Shown here: piece by piece, positions 1 through 11,187 of the stretch
Layout: the number at the start of each line of letters is the position of its first letter
Position numbering within the stretch: the first letter of the stretch is position 1
Assembly: GCA_020184695.1 (NCBI GenBank)
Contig: JAANOX010000239.1
Span: 1 to 64,000 of the forward strand
Reading direction: 5' to 3'
Source: Histomonas meleagridis 2922-C6/04-290x
Taxonomy: Eukaryota; Protista; Parabasalia
DNA length: 64,000 nucleotides
The notes under the pieces: generated by a model
Database searches by the model: none
What the model was told of the DNA's origin: nothing
Seen by the model: the letters and a program-made list of their open reading frames with translations, nothing else
Program-made: the position numbers and the translations under genes

Positions 1-1291
1 AATTCATCGAGAATCATACACTCCTTCTAACACAAAAAGAGTTTGAAGAAGGGAACTTCAACAATATAAAGACCGAACTGAACATCTTTACATTCAACAA
101 GGTATAACTGATACAGGTGTATCAACATTTAAAGGATGGAGGTTGGCTAATGTCAAGTCATTGTTAGTTAAAACAATTGAAAATACTCATTTTCAATTCA
201 TTCCGTTTTAACAAGTGTTGTCATTGGTAATTTATGTTGAAACTATTGCTCCTTTTGCATTTCTCTATTGCATTAACCAGATATTGTCTTACCAAGTACA
301 GTTAAGACAATTGAAACAATGCCTTCCAATATTGCAACCAATCCTAAGACAGTCACTCTTATGATGGTGTTAAAACAATTGGAAACTTTTGCATTTGCCA
401 ATTGCATCAAATTAAGTCAAATTAGCTATCAATTCATTAACCCTCACTTGGAAATTCTGCTTTCCAATCATGCACAGACCTCCTTCGCGTAACCTTGGTA
501 CTGGTATTACTACCATTGAAGTTCAGCATTTTATCAATGTTGGAAATTAACCAAAATTGAAATCCCAGATTCCGTCACAACCATTGATCCATCCACCTTC
601 TATTCCTGCTGCAATCTTGAAGTTGTCACCATTGCGGAGGCAAACCATCGGAGATGAAGCATTCGTACATGCAACAAACTTTCCAACATTACCCTTCCAA
701 ACTCTGTTAAATCCATTGCATGTGTGTCTTTATAACTACTTCTGCCTTAGTGAAGTAAATATGGGAGACCCACGAAACGATTGGACATATTTATTTCCTT
801 GGTTGTTGTTTCTCATTATACAATTCTAACGTTACCAAACTCATTATTAACCATTGAGACTATTCATTCATGGTAATGCTTTTGGCCTTTCTAACTTAGT
901 CATTGGGGAAAACGTGACAAGCATTGGCGTGTTAGCATTTTCATACACATCAAATTTACAATGACATTTCAATGGTTTGACCGAACTCGTTATCGCATCA
1001 ACGTATTTGATGGAGCACTGCAACTAAAGTCACGACGCCGTCTGGCTACAAACAAAACGAATTCGGCCAACTCTGCCAAGCAAAGGCGAATTATTGGAAG
1101 AATGTAGCGAAACAGTTAGCCGAAGATAAGGATACAATGTTTACCTTATCATTGGTTTGAATATTGCTCTTGTTGTGGTTATTGTTGTTGTCGGAATTAT
1201 CATTTACTTGTTGAGGAGGAAGAGCGATGGCTCCCTGAACACAGCAGTGTTGTACACAAAGGATGGAGCATTAAATACTGGTATGGTCTGA
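1..1291 (+). pseudogene. 3' part of a BspA-like LRR surface protein gene, heavily frameshifted (pseudogene or poor consensus), truncated by the window edge
   Basis: BspA-type fragments in shifting frames (IGNYVETIAPFAF, IGDEAFVHATN, VIGENVTSIGVLAFSYTSNL), then a TM segment and tail YLIIGLNIALVVVIVVVGIIIYLLRRKSDGSLNTAVLYTKDGALNTGMV ending at TGA 1289-1291. Confidence 0.7.
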
Positions 1292-1989
1292 AGTTAGTCT
1301 AAAGAAAAGTTGAAACTAAACTTTTTTTTTCATTTGGAATTCTTGTGGTATCCTTATAAATGTGTTCTTGAAGTGATTACTTACTTTGGAGTATGAATGA
1401 TACAATTTGGGAAAAAAACTTTATGGAAAGTTTTGACCAATACTTTTGTCTGCAAATGAAAATATGGTTAGGAATGAATGGTTTTTTGATTAAAGGATAA
1501 TTATATTTTGTTAAGAATATCGAGTTCTGCCTCAAACGTGCATTGATCGTTAGCCGTCGTTTGCAAACAATTTTCCAGCTTATTGGGGAACCCCTATGGG
1601 ATATCCTGTTATCCAAATACAAAACATATGATTAAAAAAGATGCAATTTCTCATCTTAACGCATTACATAGCTTATGGTTGGTGGGGAAATGGCAACGTA
1701 ACAGAGTCCATTAAGTCACCCCCAAAAAGTATTCTTGATCGTACTGAAAGCAATTAGAAACCATTTCTGAGCCATTTTTTATAGCTCACACTACAAATTC
1801 ACATAAATTCCGCAAAGTCATTCTTGATTTTTTTAAAGATTTATTTTCAAATTCTTATATTTTTCCTTCTCTTAAATTAACCATTAAAGCACTTAAAGTT
1901 ATTCTTAATATTAAAGACATTACGCAAACAGCTGAATACATTGATACATGTCAAGTTTTGATGTATTTTAATTTCTCCATCAGATATTA

Positions 1990-4644
1990 TTATATTCTAT
2001 GGTTTACCACTCTCTGAAGTTATCAAATTCCTCCCAATTTTATTTGATGCGTCAATTGGCAATACACCTACTCGAAGAAGTTTGTAAAAGATATTACCCA
2101 AACAATTTTTCAAGAAAGTCATTACAGATTTACAAAAAGCAAGTAGTTTTACCACTCATTCCAAGGTCCTTAAGATGGCCAATTTCATCACACATTATGT
2201 TACACTGTGTAATGCGTCATTGATTCATGAAACATTTCTCCTTCAAATGACAAATAATCACGAAACACTTTTGATGTTGATATTGTTTGGCCTATTAATA
2301 CTACAACAAATCTATAAGGAAAGCAGCAAATTAAATCCCAAGACAATATCACATCGGTTATATATTAATCACAATATTAGGAATCTAAAAGTCCAATTTT
2401 CGGAATCAATGATTATTAAGAAATTATTTAATGAAAATATTCATTTAATAATGATATCAATTTCATTAAATTTATCTAACATATTAGTAGAACAATTTGC
2501 GCAAATCCTTTTAATAATATATAAGCGATTTATATTCATTTATCAACAAGGATTTTATGAGATATTCCAAAACGGATTACTTATATCTCTTTCTTCGCCG
2601 AACCAAACACAAATCAAAACTCGTGTAAAGCATTCAAACTGATTTCAACGCAAACCTCAATTATACATTGATTTATTTGTTAATTATGATTGTGATTCAT
2701 CAGGTAAATATTTATCAGTATTTGAAAAACATCATTAAAGGTAGAAGCGAAACATGCAGTATCCTGATGATATTGTGCTACATTATTCGGCATTAATATC
2801 ATTACAATCAATTATTATCTCATTATGGAAATATTTATATATGTATTATAACGTTAAAGATTCCGAAGTATCAACAGAAAACTTAATCAAAGCTAAACTT
2901 CAAAAAGATAAATTTTTACAAGGAATTGATTTATTTTAAAAGGTCACCTAAAAAAGGATTACAATTTTTCATTGATAATAAATTTGTTGAAGAGAAAAAC
3001 ATTGCGAAGTTTTTGTTTAATACGCCACAACTTGATCCTACATCAGTTGGGGAAATAATTGGAACAAATGGCAACTCGGAAATCTTAAAAGAATATGTTT
3101 CATGTTTTGATTTTCGAAACAAACCATTTGAAGTTGCGTTTCGTGAGTTTTTATCTAAGTTTCGAATTCCAGGCGAAGCGCAAATGATTGATCGAATTAT
3201 GGAACAATTTGGTGCCAAATATTATGATGATAATCCATCATTATTCACTACAGCAGATGTAGTATATGTATTAGCATTTTCTGCATTAATGTTACATACA
3301 GATGCACATCATCCACATCTAAAAAATCGAATGACATTAGAAGAGTTCATTAATAATAATAAAGGGATTAATAATAATTCCGATTTGCCTCGAGAATTAT
3401 TAACATCATTATATAATGACTACACTCGAAACGAAATTTATTTAAACAACACAAGATCTGTGATCCTTCATTATTAACAGTACAACAAAGAGCAGAATTA
3501 TATCAAACTAAAATGTACGCAAATATTATCAAATGCAAAAAAACATAATCAAGGAACAGATCAAATTACATTTCAACGAATTATTTCATCAAATATCATT
3601 TCTCCAATGTTTCAAACGATTTGGAGTTATTTATTTGCTATTTTCACGATTTCATTTGATTCATTTGATAACGAAAATGTTATTAAAGTTTGTTTAAATG
3701 GACTTTCAAGTTTAACTAACATTGCAGCACATTGTTATTATCAAGACATATTAGAAATGTTAATAAATTCATTCACTAAATTCACAAAGTTACGGACATA
3801 TTCATTTGAACAATTTAAACCTAAAAATATTCAATGTATAAGTTCATTAATTAAAGTTGCGACTATAAATCGCGAATTTCTACGTACTTCATGGACTATT
3901 TTAATGAATGAAATATCTGCAATAGTTTGTTTTGATTCCTGATATATTATTTACAGGTTCATCGACATTAGATCGCGAATCGATTAAAGATTTTGTTATA
4001 GCGAATCATATCATTTCCAAGAGAACTTTTTACGTTCGTTCTTTGATATTTATCTTGCACAAAACTCTATGGACATTAAAGGGATAATACTTGAATGTGT
4101 CGAACGATTAATTAAAGATTTCTCTGAATCATTACATTCAGGTTGGAGCGCGATATTACAAATATTAACAACAAGTGCTATAGACTTTAGACCGTATGGA
4201 TTCTCATTGATATCATTAATCATTAGACAACATTTAAATGTTTTAACTAATCCACAAATATCACATTTATCAACTGTTTTAATTTCTTATGTGAAAGGGA
4301 ATAATATTAAAATATCTTTGTCAGCAATAATGAAATTTAAAATTATCGCTGCATATATATCAAAACAAGAAAAATCAAATGAAATTAATCAGTTGTGGGG
4401 GTGTATATTCGCTTCATTACAACAATGCATTAGACATAATAACGAAAACGTACAAAAAAGAACGATTTTAACAATTGTGGAAATATTGAAAAATGAAAAT
4501 ATTCAAGATGAATTAATACAAAAAATTCTGAGCGAGGATTCCGTGGTGAAAAGAGTATATAAAAGTATTACAAATGAAACGCCAATCGAAAAATATGAAG
4601 ATATTGTAAATGATATATTTGCTAAAAATAAAAAATCAAAATAA
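1990..4644 (+). pseudogene. Large Arf-GEF of the BIG/GBF1 type (HUS, Sec7, HDS regions), broken by frameshifts and in-frame stops; 5' end uncertain
   Basis: ORF 2926-3477 carries Sec7 motifs (FREFLSKFRIPGEAQMIDRIMEQFG; YVLAFSALMLHTDAH). An FV(N)YDCD HUS motif reads across a 1-nt indel near 2680. FTGSSTLDRESIKDFV (HDS1-like) lies near 3950-4000. ORFs 2175-2642, 3607-3942 and 4069-4644 are collinear pieces. Confidence 0.8.
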
Positions 4645-5027
4645 GGATTATTTAAAAATAAAATATAACTTTAATATTGTTTGTTGAAGGTTTTTAATAT
4701 GATTAATATTATTATTTGATTTTTGATTTTTTGATGATTGTATTGAATGTGTAATTATATGTTGGAAACTTAACGCTATAAGGTATTTAGGTTTTTTGCA
4801 ACGGCAATAATAGAATTGGCTTTAAAATTTATTGATTTGGTAAATGATTATTTCTGTGCTTTCCCAGATATTTTTCTCTGAAGCTTTTGAACATCTATAA
4901 TTGAAAAAATAATCTGTTTCAGTTCAAAATCCCCACAAGATTTTGAAATACAAAGATATTTAATACTTTATTTTTTACAATATACAAAAATCTCGATTGG
5001 TGACACTTTTTGCTTCAATGATCACGT

Positions 5028-8000
5028 ATGGGATTTCTTGTTCTACTTTTAACTAAAGCATTTCAGCTTTTCTGTCAAGAGAACTATACGCTCATAATAT
5101 ATGACAAAACAGAATTCACACAAGAACATAAGAATAATACGATAAATCTTATCATATCAAATTACATAAACGAAATTCCAACCAATGCTTTCTCTTCGTG
5201 GCACAACCTAACAACAGTAACAATCGGTGAACATGTCGAAACTATTGGAGATTCTGCTTTTTATAATTGCATAAATTTACACAGCGTTGAACTTGGACAG
5301 AATGTTTTAGATATCGGGAATTGGTCGTTTGGCTGTTGTTTGAAATTGCCCAACGTATTTATTCCATCTTCGGTACAATTAATTTCAAACTACTCGTTTT
5401 ATCAATGTTCAAATTTAGAAACAGTATCAATTGGAGAGAATGTACAAATCATTGGAGAGTGTGCATTCTCAAATACCAAATTATTAAATGTGACAATTCC
5501 AAGTTCAGTATCTATCATTGGTAAGTATTCTTTTTATGAATGTAAATCATTAATAACAGCAATTATAGGTAGTGACAATTATAACATAAGTAATACTTCT
5601 ATTAATGAACATTCATTTGATTCATGTTGTAATTTAATTACAGTAATAATTGGAGGAAATGTTCAGACACTTAATGATTATTCATTTTATAATTGTTCAA
5701 ATTTAGAAACAGTATCAATTGGGGAGAATGTACAGACAATTGGACAATATGCATTTTCACTTACATATTTATGTAATGTTATGATTCCAAATTCAGTTAC
5801 AACAATTTCCGAGCATTCATTTGATTCGTGTAGTAATTTGATTTCAGTTTTAATTGGCGAAAATGTATTAATGATTGGCGACTATTCATTTTATAATTGT
5901 TTCAGTTTAAGAAATGTTTCAATTGGCGAAAGTGTGCAAATCATTGGACAATACGCATTTTCACTTACAAATTTATATAATGTTTCGATTCCTAATTCAG
6001 TTACACTAATTTCTGAGCATTCATTTGATGAATGCAATGATTTAAGAAGAGTACAAATTGGTAAAAACGTACAAACAATTGATGATTACGCATTTTATTA
6101 TTGTTTTAATTTGGAAACAGTATCAATTGGAGAAAATGTTCAAATCATTGGACAATATGCATTCTCAAATACCAAATTATTAAATGCCACAATTCCAAGT
6201 TCAGTATCTATCATTGGTAAGTATTCTTTTTATGAATGTGATTCATTAATAACAGCAATTATAGGTAGTGACAATTATAACATAAGTAATACTTCTATTA
6301 ATGAACATTCATTTGATTCATGTTGTAATTTAATTACAGTAATAATTGGAGGAAATGTATTAATGATTGGCGATTATTCATTTTATAATTGTTCAAATTT
6401 AAGAAATGTTACAATTGGCGATAATGTTCATACAATTGGACAATATTCATTTTCACTTACAAATTTATATAATTTTACAATACCAAATTTAGTGACAACA
6501 ATTTCCGAGCATTCATTTGATTCGTGTTATAATTTAATTTCAGTTCAAATTGGAGAAAATGTTCAAACACTTGATGATTATTCATTTTATCATTGTTCAT
6601 TATTATCAAACATAATAATTCCAAGTTCAGTATTAATTATTGGGCGATATTCATTTTGTGAATGTTATTCATTAAATTCAGTTTTAATTCAAAGTAATTA
6701 TTTTGATAATTTAGCTAATGTATCAATTGAAGAACGTGCATTCGATTCATGTTATAATTTAGCAACGGTTATAATTGGAGAAAATGTATTAACAATTGGC
6801 GATTTCTCATTTTTTCAATGTTTTAATTTAGAAACAGTTATAATTGGAGAGAATGTACAAACAATTTGTCAATTTGCATTTTCATGTACAAAGTTATTAC
6901 ATATTACAATACCAAATTCGGTAACAATCATTGGAGAGCATTTATTTGATTCATGTCAATATTTAACATCAGTTAATATAAGTGATAATTTAATACGAAT
7001 AGAAAATTATACATTTTATCAATGTACAAATTTAACTACAATTAATTTTGGTATGAATAATGAAATTATTGGTAAATATTCATTTTCATATTGTATTAAT
7101 TTATTAAATATTATAATACCAAATACTATTTACATAATTGAAGAATATTCATTTTATAATTGTACTAATTTAATTACAATTTATTTAGGAGAAAATGTTA
7201 CAACTATTGGATGTTGTTCATTTTATCATTGTATTTCATTGTTAAATATAATAATTCCTTCGTCAGTTACAACAATTAATGAATATTGTTTTTATGAATG
7301 TTATTCTTTAGAATTCGTTACAATTGGTGGAAACTTTACATGTGTATATACAACAATTGGATCAAATGCATTTGAATTATGTTATTCTTTAATTAATGTA
7401 ATAATTGGTGATAATGTAATATCAATTGGAAATTATTCATTTTATCAATGTACAAGTTTAACAACAATAGAATTAGGTAATAATATTGAAACAATTGGTG
7501 AATTTTCATTTTCATTAACGAATTTATCGAATGTTATAATACCAAATTCAGTTAAAACAATTGGAAATAATTCATTTTCATATTGTACAAATTTACAAAC
7601 AATTAAAATAGGTAAAAATGTATTAACTATTGGACATAATTCATTTTATCAATGTATATCATTAACAAATATATTTATACCAAAATCAATCATTAAAATA
7701 GGTGAAAAATGTTTTTATAAATGTATCAAACTTCAATCTATTAATGTATCACTTAATAATTCATATTACTCCAATTATAATAATGATGGAATTCTATATG
7801 ATAAAAACATTACACAAATAATATGTTATCCTATCAATAAACAAAATACAACTATTGATATACCAAACACAATTAATACTATTAATGAATATTCATTTTA
7901 TTATTGTATTAATATAAATAAAATTCAATTTGGAACTAATGTTACGACAATTAATAATTATGCATTTTATGAATGTATAAATTTAGAAGATATTATATTT

Positions 8001-9107
8001 AATAATGATTTAATTACAATTGGAGAATATTCATTTTGTTATTGTAATAAAATTAATATTATTATATTCCCGATTTCACTTATCACTATACATAAAAACG
8101 CTTTTTATAATTGTAGTAACATTCAAACAATAGAATTCGGCGAAAATATTAAATATATATATGAAAATGCATTTTATAACTGTGATAGTATAAAATGTAT
8201 TTTCTTTTCTGGTAAATTAGAGCCTAATTTTGGGTCAAATGTTTTCTCTTGTTCTAAAGTGTATATATTTACAAAGGATTTCTACTTGAACAAAACATTT
8301 TGTGGATTCGATGTGATACCTTATGAAGATATTAATGCATATAACTGTCCAATGATTGGCACTTACACATTTACGGAATCCAATACATTTTCGAGTACAT
8401 TCACATCTTCGCACACATTTAATGCAACTGAAACATATTCGATGTCGAACACATTTACTAATTCATATCCATTTAATGCAACAAATACATTCACTAATTC
8501 GCACACATTTAATGCAACTGAATCATTCACTAATTCGAATACATTCAATGCGACAAATGCATTCACTTCTTCGGAAGCGTTTACGAGTTCGAACACATTT
8601 ACTCCGTCTGTTACATTCATAGCATATAATGTTAATCAGTACACACTGAGTGTAACCATCATTAATTCATTAACGTTAACATATGTTATCACAGAGACAA
8701 TAATTCCGACGCTCACATACACGCGCACATTCGCTAATTACAGTTTCCAAATTATGTTATGTCAATTTGCAATGAAACGGAATTTTGTCATCAGTTTCTA
8801 CTCAGAAGCGCAAATGTTTACATATGTATTAATTCCGTACGGCAAAAGTTACGCAAACGATTCGTCGCTGACATTTTTGGTCATCGCCGGAATTGTGTTC
8901 TCAGCGATTGTCATCATTGTGCTGATTATTATTTTGATAATTCGAATTAAAATAGATAAACAATTACAGAACGAAACATCGCGCAAAAACAGCAGCGAAT
9001 ACGAAGGCGAATACTTTATGTCGGACGAAATGACCGACTTGTACAGAGACTTTTCGGGTGTACAAATGGAGGAAGGCGACGAGTTTGACCCGAACGAGAA
9101 CCTTTGA
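5028..9107 (+). CDS. BspA-like (TpLRR/LRR_5) type I surface protein, 1359 aa
   Basis: N-terminal hydrophobic signal, dozens of IPxSVxxIGxxxFxxCxxL repeats, a T/S/N/F-rich stalk, TM helix FLVIAGIVFSAIVIIVLIIILII and an acidic cytoplasmic tail. Confidence 0.92.
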   Translation: MGFLVLLLTKAFQLFCQENYTLIIYDKTEFTQEHKNNTINLIISNYINEIPTNAFSSWHNLTTVTIGEHVETIGDSAFYNCINLHSVELGQNVLDIGNWSFGCCLKLPNVFIPSSVQLISNYSFYQCSNLETVSIGENVQIIGECAFSNTKLLNVTIPSSVSIIGKYSFYECKSLITAIIGSDNYNISNTSINEHSFDSCCNLITVIIGGNVQTLNDYSFYNCSNLETVSIGENVQTIGQYAFSLTYLCNVMIPNSVTTISEHSFDSCSNLISVLIGENVLMIGDYSFYNCFSLRNVSIGESVQIIGQYAFSLTNLYNVSIPNSVTLISEHSFDECNDLRRVQIGKNVQTIDDYAFYYCFNLETVSIGENVQIIGQYAFSNTKLLNATIPSSVSIIGKYSFYECDSLITAIIGSDNYNISNTSINEHSFDSCCNLITVIIGGNVLMIGDYSFYNCSNLRNVTIGDNVHTIGQYSFSLTNLYNFTIPNLVTTISEHSFDSCYNLISVQIGENVQTLDDYSFYHCSLLSNIIIPSSVLIIGRYSFCECYSLNSVLIQSNYFDNLANVSIEERAFDSCYNLATVIIGENVLTIGDFSFFQCFNLETVIIGENVQTICQFAFSCTKLLHITIPNSVTIIGEHLFDSCQYLTSVNISDNLIRIENYTFYQCTNLTTINFGMNNEIIGKYSFSYCINLLNIIIPNTIYIIEEYSFYNCTNLITIYLGENVTTIGCCSFYHCISLLNIIIPSSVTTINEYCFYECYSLEFVTIGGNFTCVYTTIGSNAFELCYSLINVIIGDNVISIGNYSFYQCTSLTTIELGNNIETIGEFSFSLTNLSNVIIPNSVKTIGNNSFSYCTNLQTIKIGKNVLTIGHNSFYQCISLTNIFIPKSIIKIGEKCFYKCIKLQSINVSLNNSYYSNYNNDGILYDKNITQIICYPINKQNTTIDIPNTINTINEYSFYYCININKIQFGTNVTTINNYAFYECINLEDIIFNNDLITIGEYSFCYCNKINIIIFPISLITIHKNAFYNCSNIQTIEFGENIKYIYENAFYNCDSIKCIFFSGKLEPNFGSNVFSCSKVYIFTKDFYLNKTFCGFDVIPYEDINAYNCPMIGTYTFTESNTFSSTFTSSHTFNATETYSMSNTFTNSYPFNATNTFTNSHTFNATESFTNSNTFNATNAFTSSEAFTSSNTFTPSVTFIAYNVNQYTLSVTIINSLTLTYVITETIIPTLTYTRTFANYSFQIMLCQFAMKRNFVISFYSEAQMFTYVLIPYGKSYANDSSLTFLVIAGIVFSAIVIIVLIIILIIRIKIDKQLQNETSRKNSSEYEGEYFMSDEMTDLYRDFSGVQMEEGDEFDPNENL
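5415..6360 (+). repeat. Recent internal duplication of ~250 nt inside the BspA gene (5415-5662 vs 6111-6358, period 696 nt)
   Basis: Near-identical blocks encoding LETVSIGENVQIIG...IGSDNYNISNTSINEHSFDSCCNLITVIIGGNV. Confidence 0.85.
8375..8610 (+). repeat. Degenerate hexapeptide (18-nt) stalk repeats of the form (N/H)TF(T/N)xS
   Basis: Translation TFTESNTFSSTFTSSHTFNATETYSMSNTFTNSYPFNATNTFTNSHTFNATESF... Confidence 0.8.
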
Positions 9108-10123
9108 ATTAAATAAATTGTTATATTATTTACGAATTTGAACGTCGTTTGAGGTGAAAATCGTTGCAAATGTCGCGTGAGGCGTATAGAGACACGCGTC
9201 CAAAGTTATTTTGTACGATTGGAGAGGTAATGACAACTGTGATTCTGTATGAAGTGAATTTAATTTCCTTTGAGTTCAATGTTTTTATGTATTATATTGG
9301 ATATGATGAGGGAAATTATGAAAGCTGTTTGACATTCCTCTCGACGGAGCACCCAATTTTTCCTTCCTTGTGGCTCATTATTGGAGATAAGAAGACTGAA
9401 ATAAGATACCAATGAGCTGCATGGAGTTGTACTCCATCAGCACCAGATTATCGAAGACAAAGCACTGCTTGAATGAATAATTAAATTCTTTCCTCATTAT
9501 TATTGCTTGTATTTACCGATAGATCGATAAAATACCGAATGTACCAATTGGAATTCCATACATCTGGATAACTCATTATTCACCATGACAGGGTTGAAAA
9601 CCATCTTAGATCCCTTTTGTTGATCATATTTAATTGTGTTTTCCCAAGCTTTTGTTTGTCTGTGGTTTATGGCATTGCATTTATATATTTCTGATTGTCC
9701 TTGTTTGATTGTATATTGTGTTTATTGAGAAATACGTCCGACTTCACAAAATGCAAACTTTTCAATCATTTTGGTTATTCGCCAAGTACAGCATTATAAA
9801 ATATCACCGACTTCAGCATACACAGGCAAGGTGAAGTCAATTGATTCTATGTGTAAACATTTCAAAAAATCGCTTACTTTCAAAAAGTTGTTCAATCATC
9901 TTCTTACAACAATTTTTTAAAATCCATTAAAATTTTTTTAAAATCCAATTTTTTTCGTTAATTTCATTATACACTAATACTGCAACAATAAAGTAACAAC
10001 AAAATGTTTTTCCTTACGAATTTAAAATATATGAAATAAAAAAATTTTTTACAAACGTTAATAAGTTGAAACGCAAAAAACATTCCTTATAAACAAAAAC
10101 AATAAAAAAGAAGAACATTGGTC

Positions 10124-10522
10124 CTAAATTCTTCCTCGAATCCTCTGTGCAAGTTGAACATCTTTTCGCATAAGTGTAACACGCTTTGCATGAATTGCGC
10201 ATAACAGGCCATCTTCAAGTAATCCAACTAAAAACGATTCAGAGGCTTCTTGAAGCGCTTCAACAGCATTAACTGACCAACGAAATTCGCGTGTACTCAT
10301 TTCTGTTGATATTTCTTTTACAAGTCTTGCGAACGGAAGTTTTCTGATAAGTAAATCTGTTGAACGTTGATATTTCCTAATCTCGTATTGCCATTTATTA
10401 CCTGGAGTAAATCTTTTTTTCTTTTGTTTTTGTTCTTTTGATTGAGTTGGTATACGGTGTTTTACAGCTATTTTTCTTTTTGTTCCGATATGAATTGGTG
10501 GGCTGCTACTCCCTTCATTCAT
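10124..10522 (-). CDS. CENH3: Centromeric histone H3 variant (CenH3/CENP-A-like), 132 aa from ATG 10522
   Basis: Histone-fold [25 protein letters not shown]...[20 protein letters not shown] with a non-H3 N-tail, FRW in place of LRF and a loop 1 one residue longer than canonical H3, all CenH3 hallmarks. Confidence 0.82.
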   Translation of the reverse strand: MNEGSSSPPIHIGTKRKIAVKHRIPTQSKEQKQKKKRFTPGNKWQYEIRKYQRSTDLLIRKLPFARLVKEISTEMSTREFRWSVNAVEALQEASESFLVGLLEDGLLCAIHAKRVTLMRKDVQLAQRIRGRI

Positions 10523-10855
10523 TTTTGAACTCAAAATTACGTTAAGAAAAAAATATATTACTTAACGTACAATGAAATTGGCGCCGATTTTAACGGGCTC
10601 CTTTCCGATATCTTTATTTTTTCTAATTTTATATTTGCATTCAAAATAAAAATTTAATGAGTGTTTAGTTACATGTTATGATTAATCTGTTATCAAATTT
10701 ATTTTGATTGTATTTTATAAAATATATAATGTAAATATTTGTTCATAAAAAATACGTTGTCTTTAAAGAACGTCTTAGGTACTAAAAACCAATTTACAAA
10801 AGTCACATTTTTTTAATCAAAATTGTTTATTTGATTAATCTATTGTTTTGTTCAT

Positions 10856-10965
10856 TTAATCGAAAAAAAAAGATTAATCGATTATCGATATACATTTAAT
10901 GTATTAATTATTATTGCTATCATAACGTCAAAGAAATTGTATCACTTAATCGAAAAACAAAGATT
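10856..10965. promoter_or_regulatory. Pair of 20-nt direct repeats TTAATCGAAAAAMAAAGATT in the divergent CenH3/coronin intergenic region
   Basis: 10856-10875 and 10946-10965 match at 19/20 positions and start exactly 90 nt apart; a regulatory role is inference. Confidence 0.4.
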
Positions 10966-11187
10966 TGAGCTCGAATATAATGGTGAAATTTTATGATCGC
11001 TGCGAACGTCCCTTTGACAATTATTTTTCAATGTAAAATATTTATAAATTGAATAAAACAGATCATATCGCACATTGAAATTAAAACGATATAACGCTTT
11101 TAACCAAATCAAGATGTCCGATCTGACACTCCACTTTCCCGCTTTTTTAACTTTTTGAATAGGTTATTTTACACCACACATTTCAAC

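Noticed and set aside
1990-4644. Sec7 and BspA frameshifts as further 17-nt inserts
   Set aside because: The breaks inspected resolve as 1-nt indels in homopolymers or point stops, with no RTT..T 17-mer.
9164-9900. Moderately GC-rich stretch after the BspA gene, including ORF 9164-9415
   Set aside because: It may be a decayed gene, but no motif or consistent frame was found.
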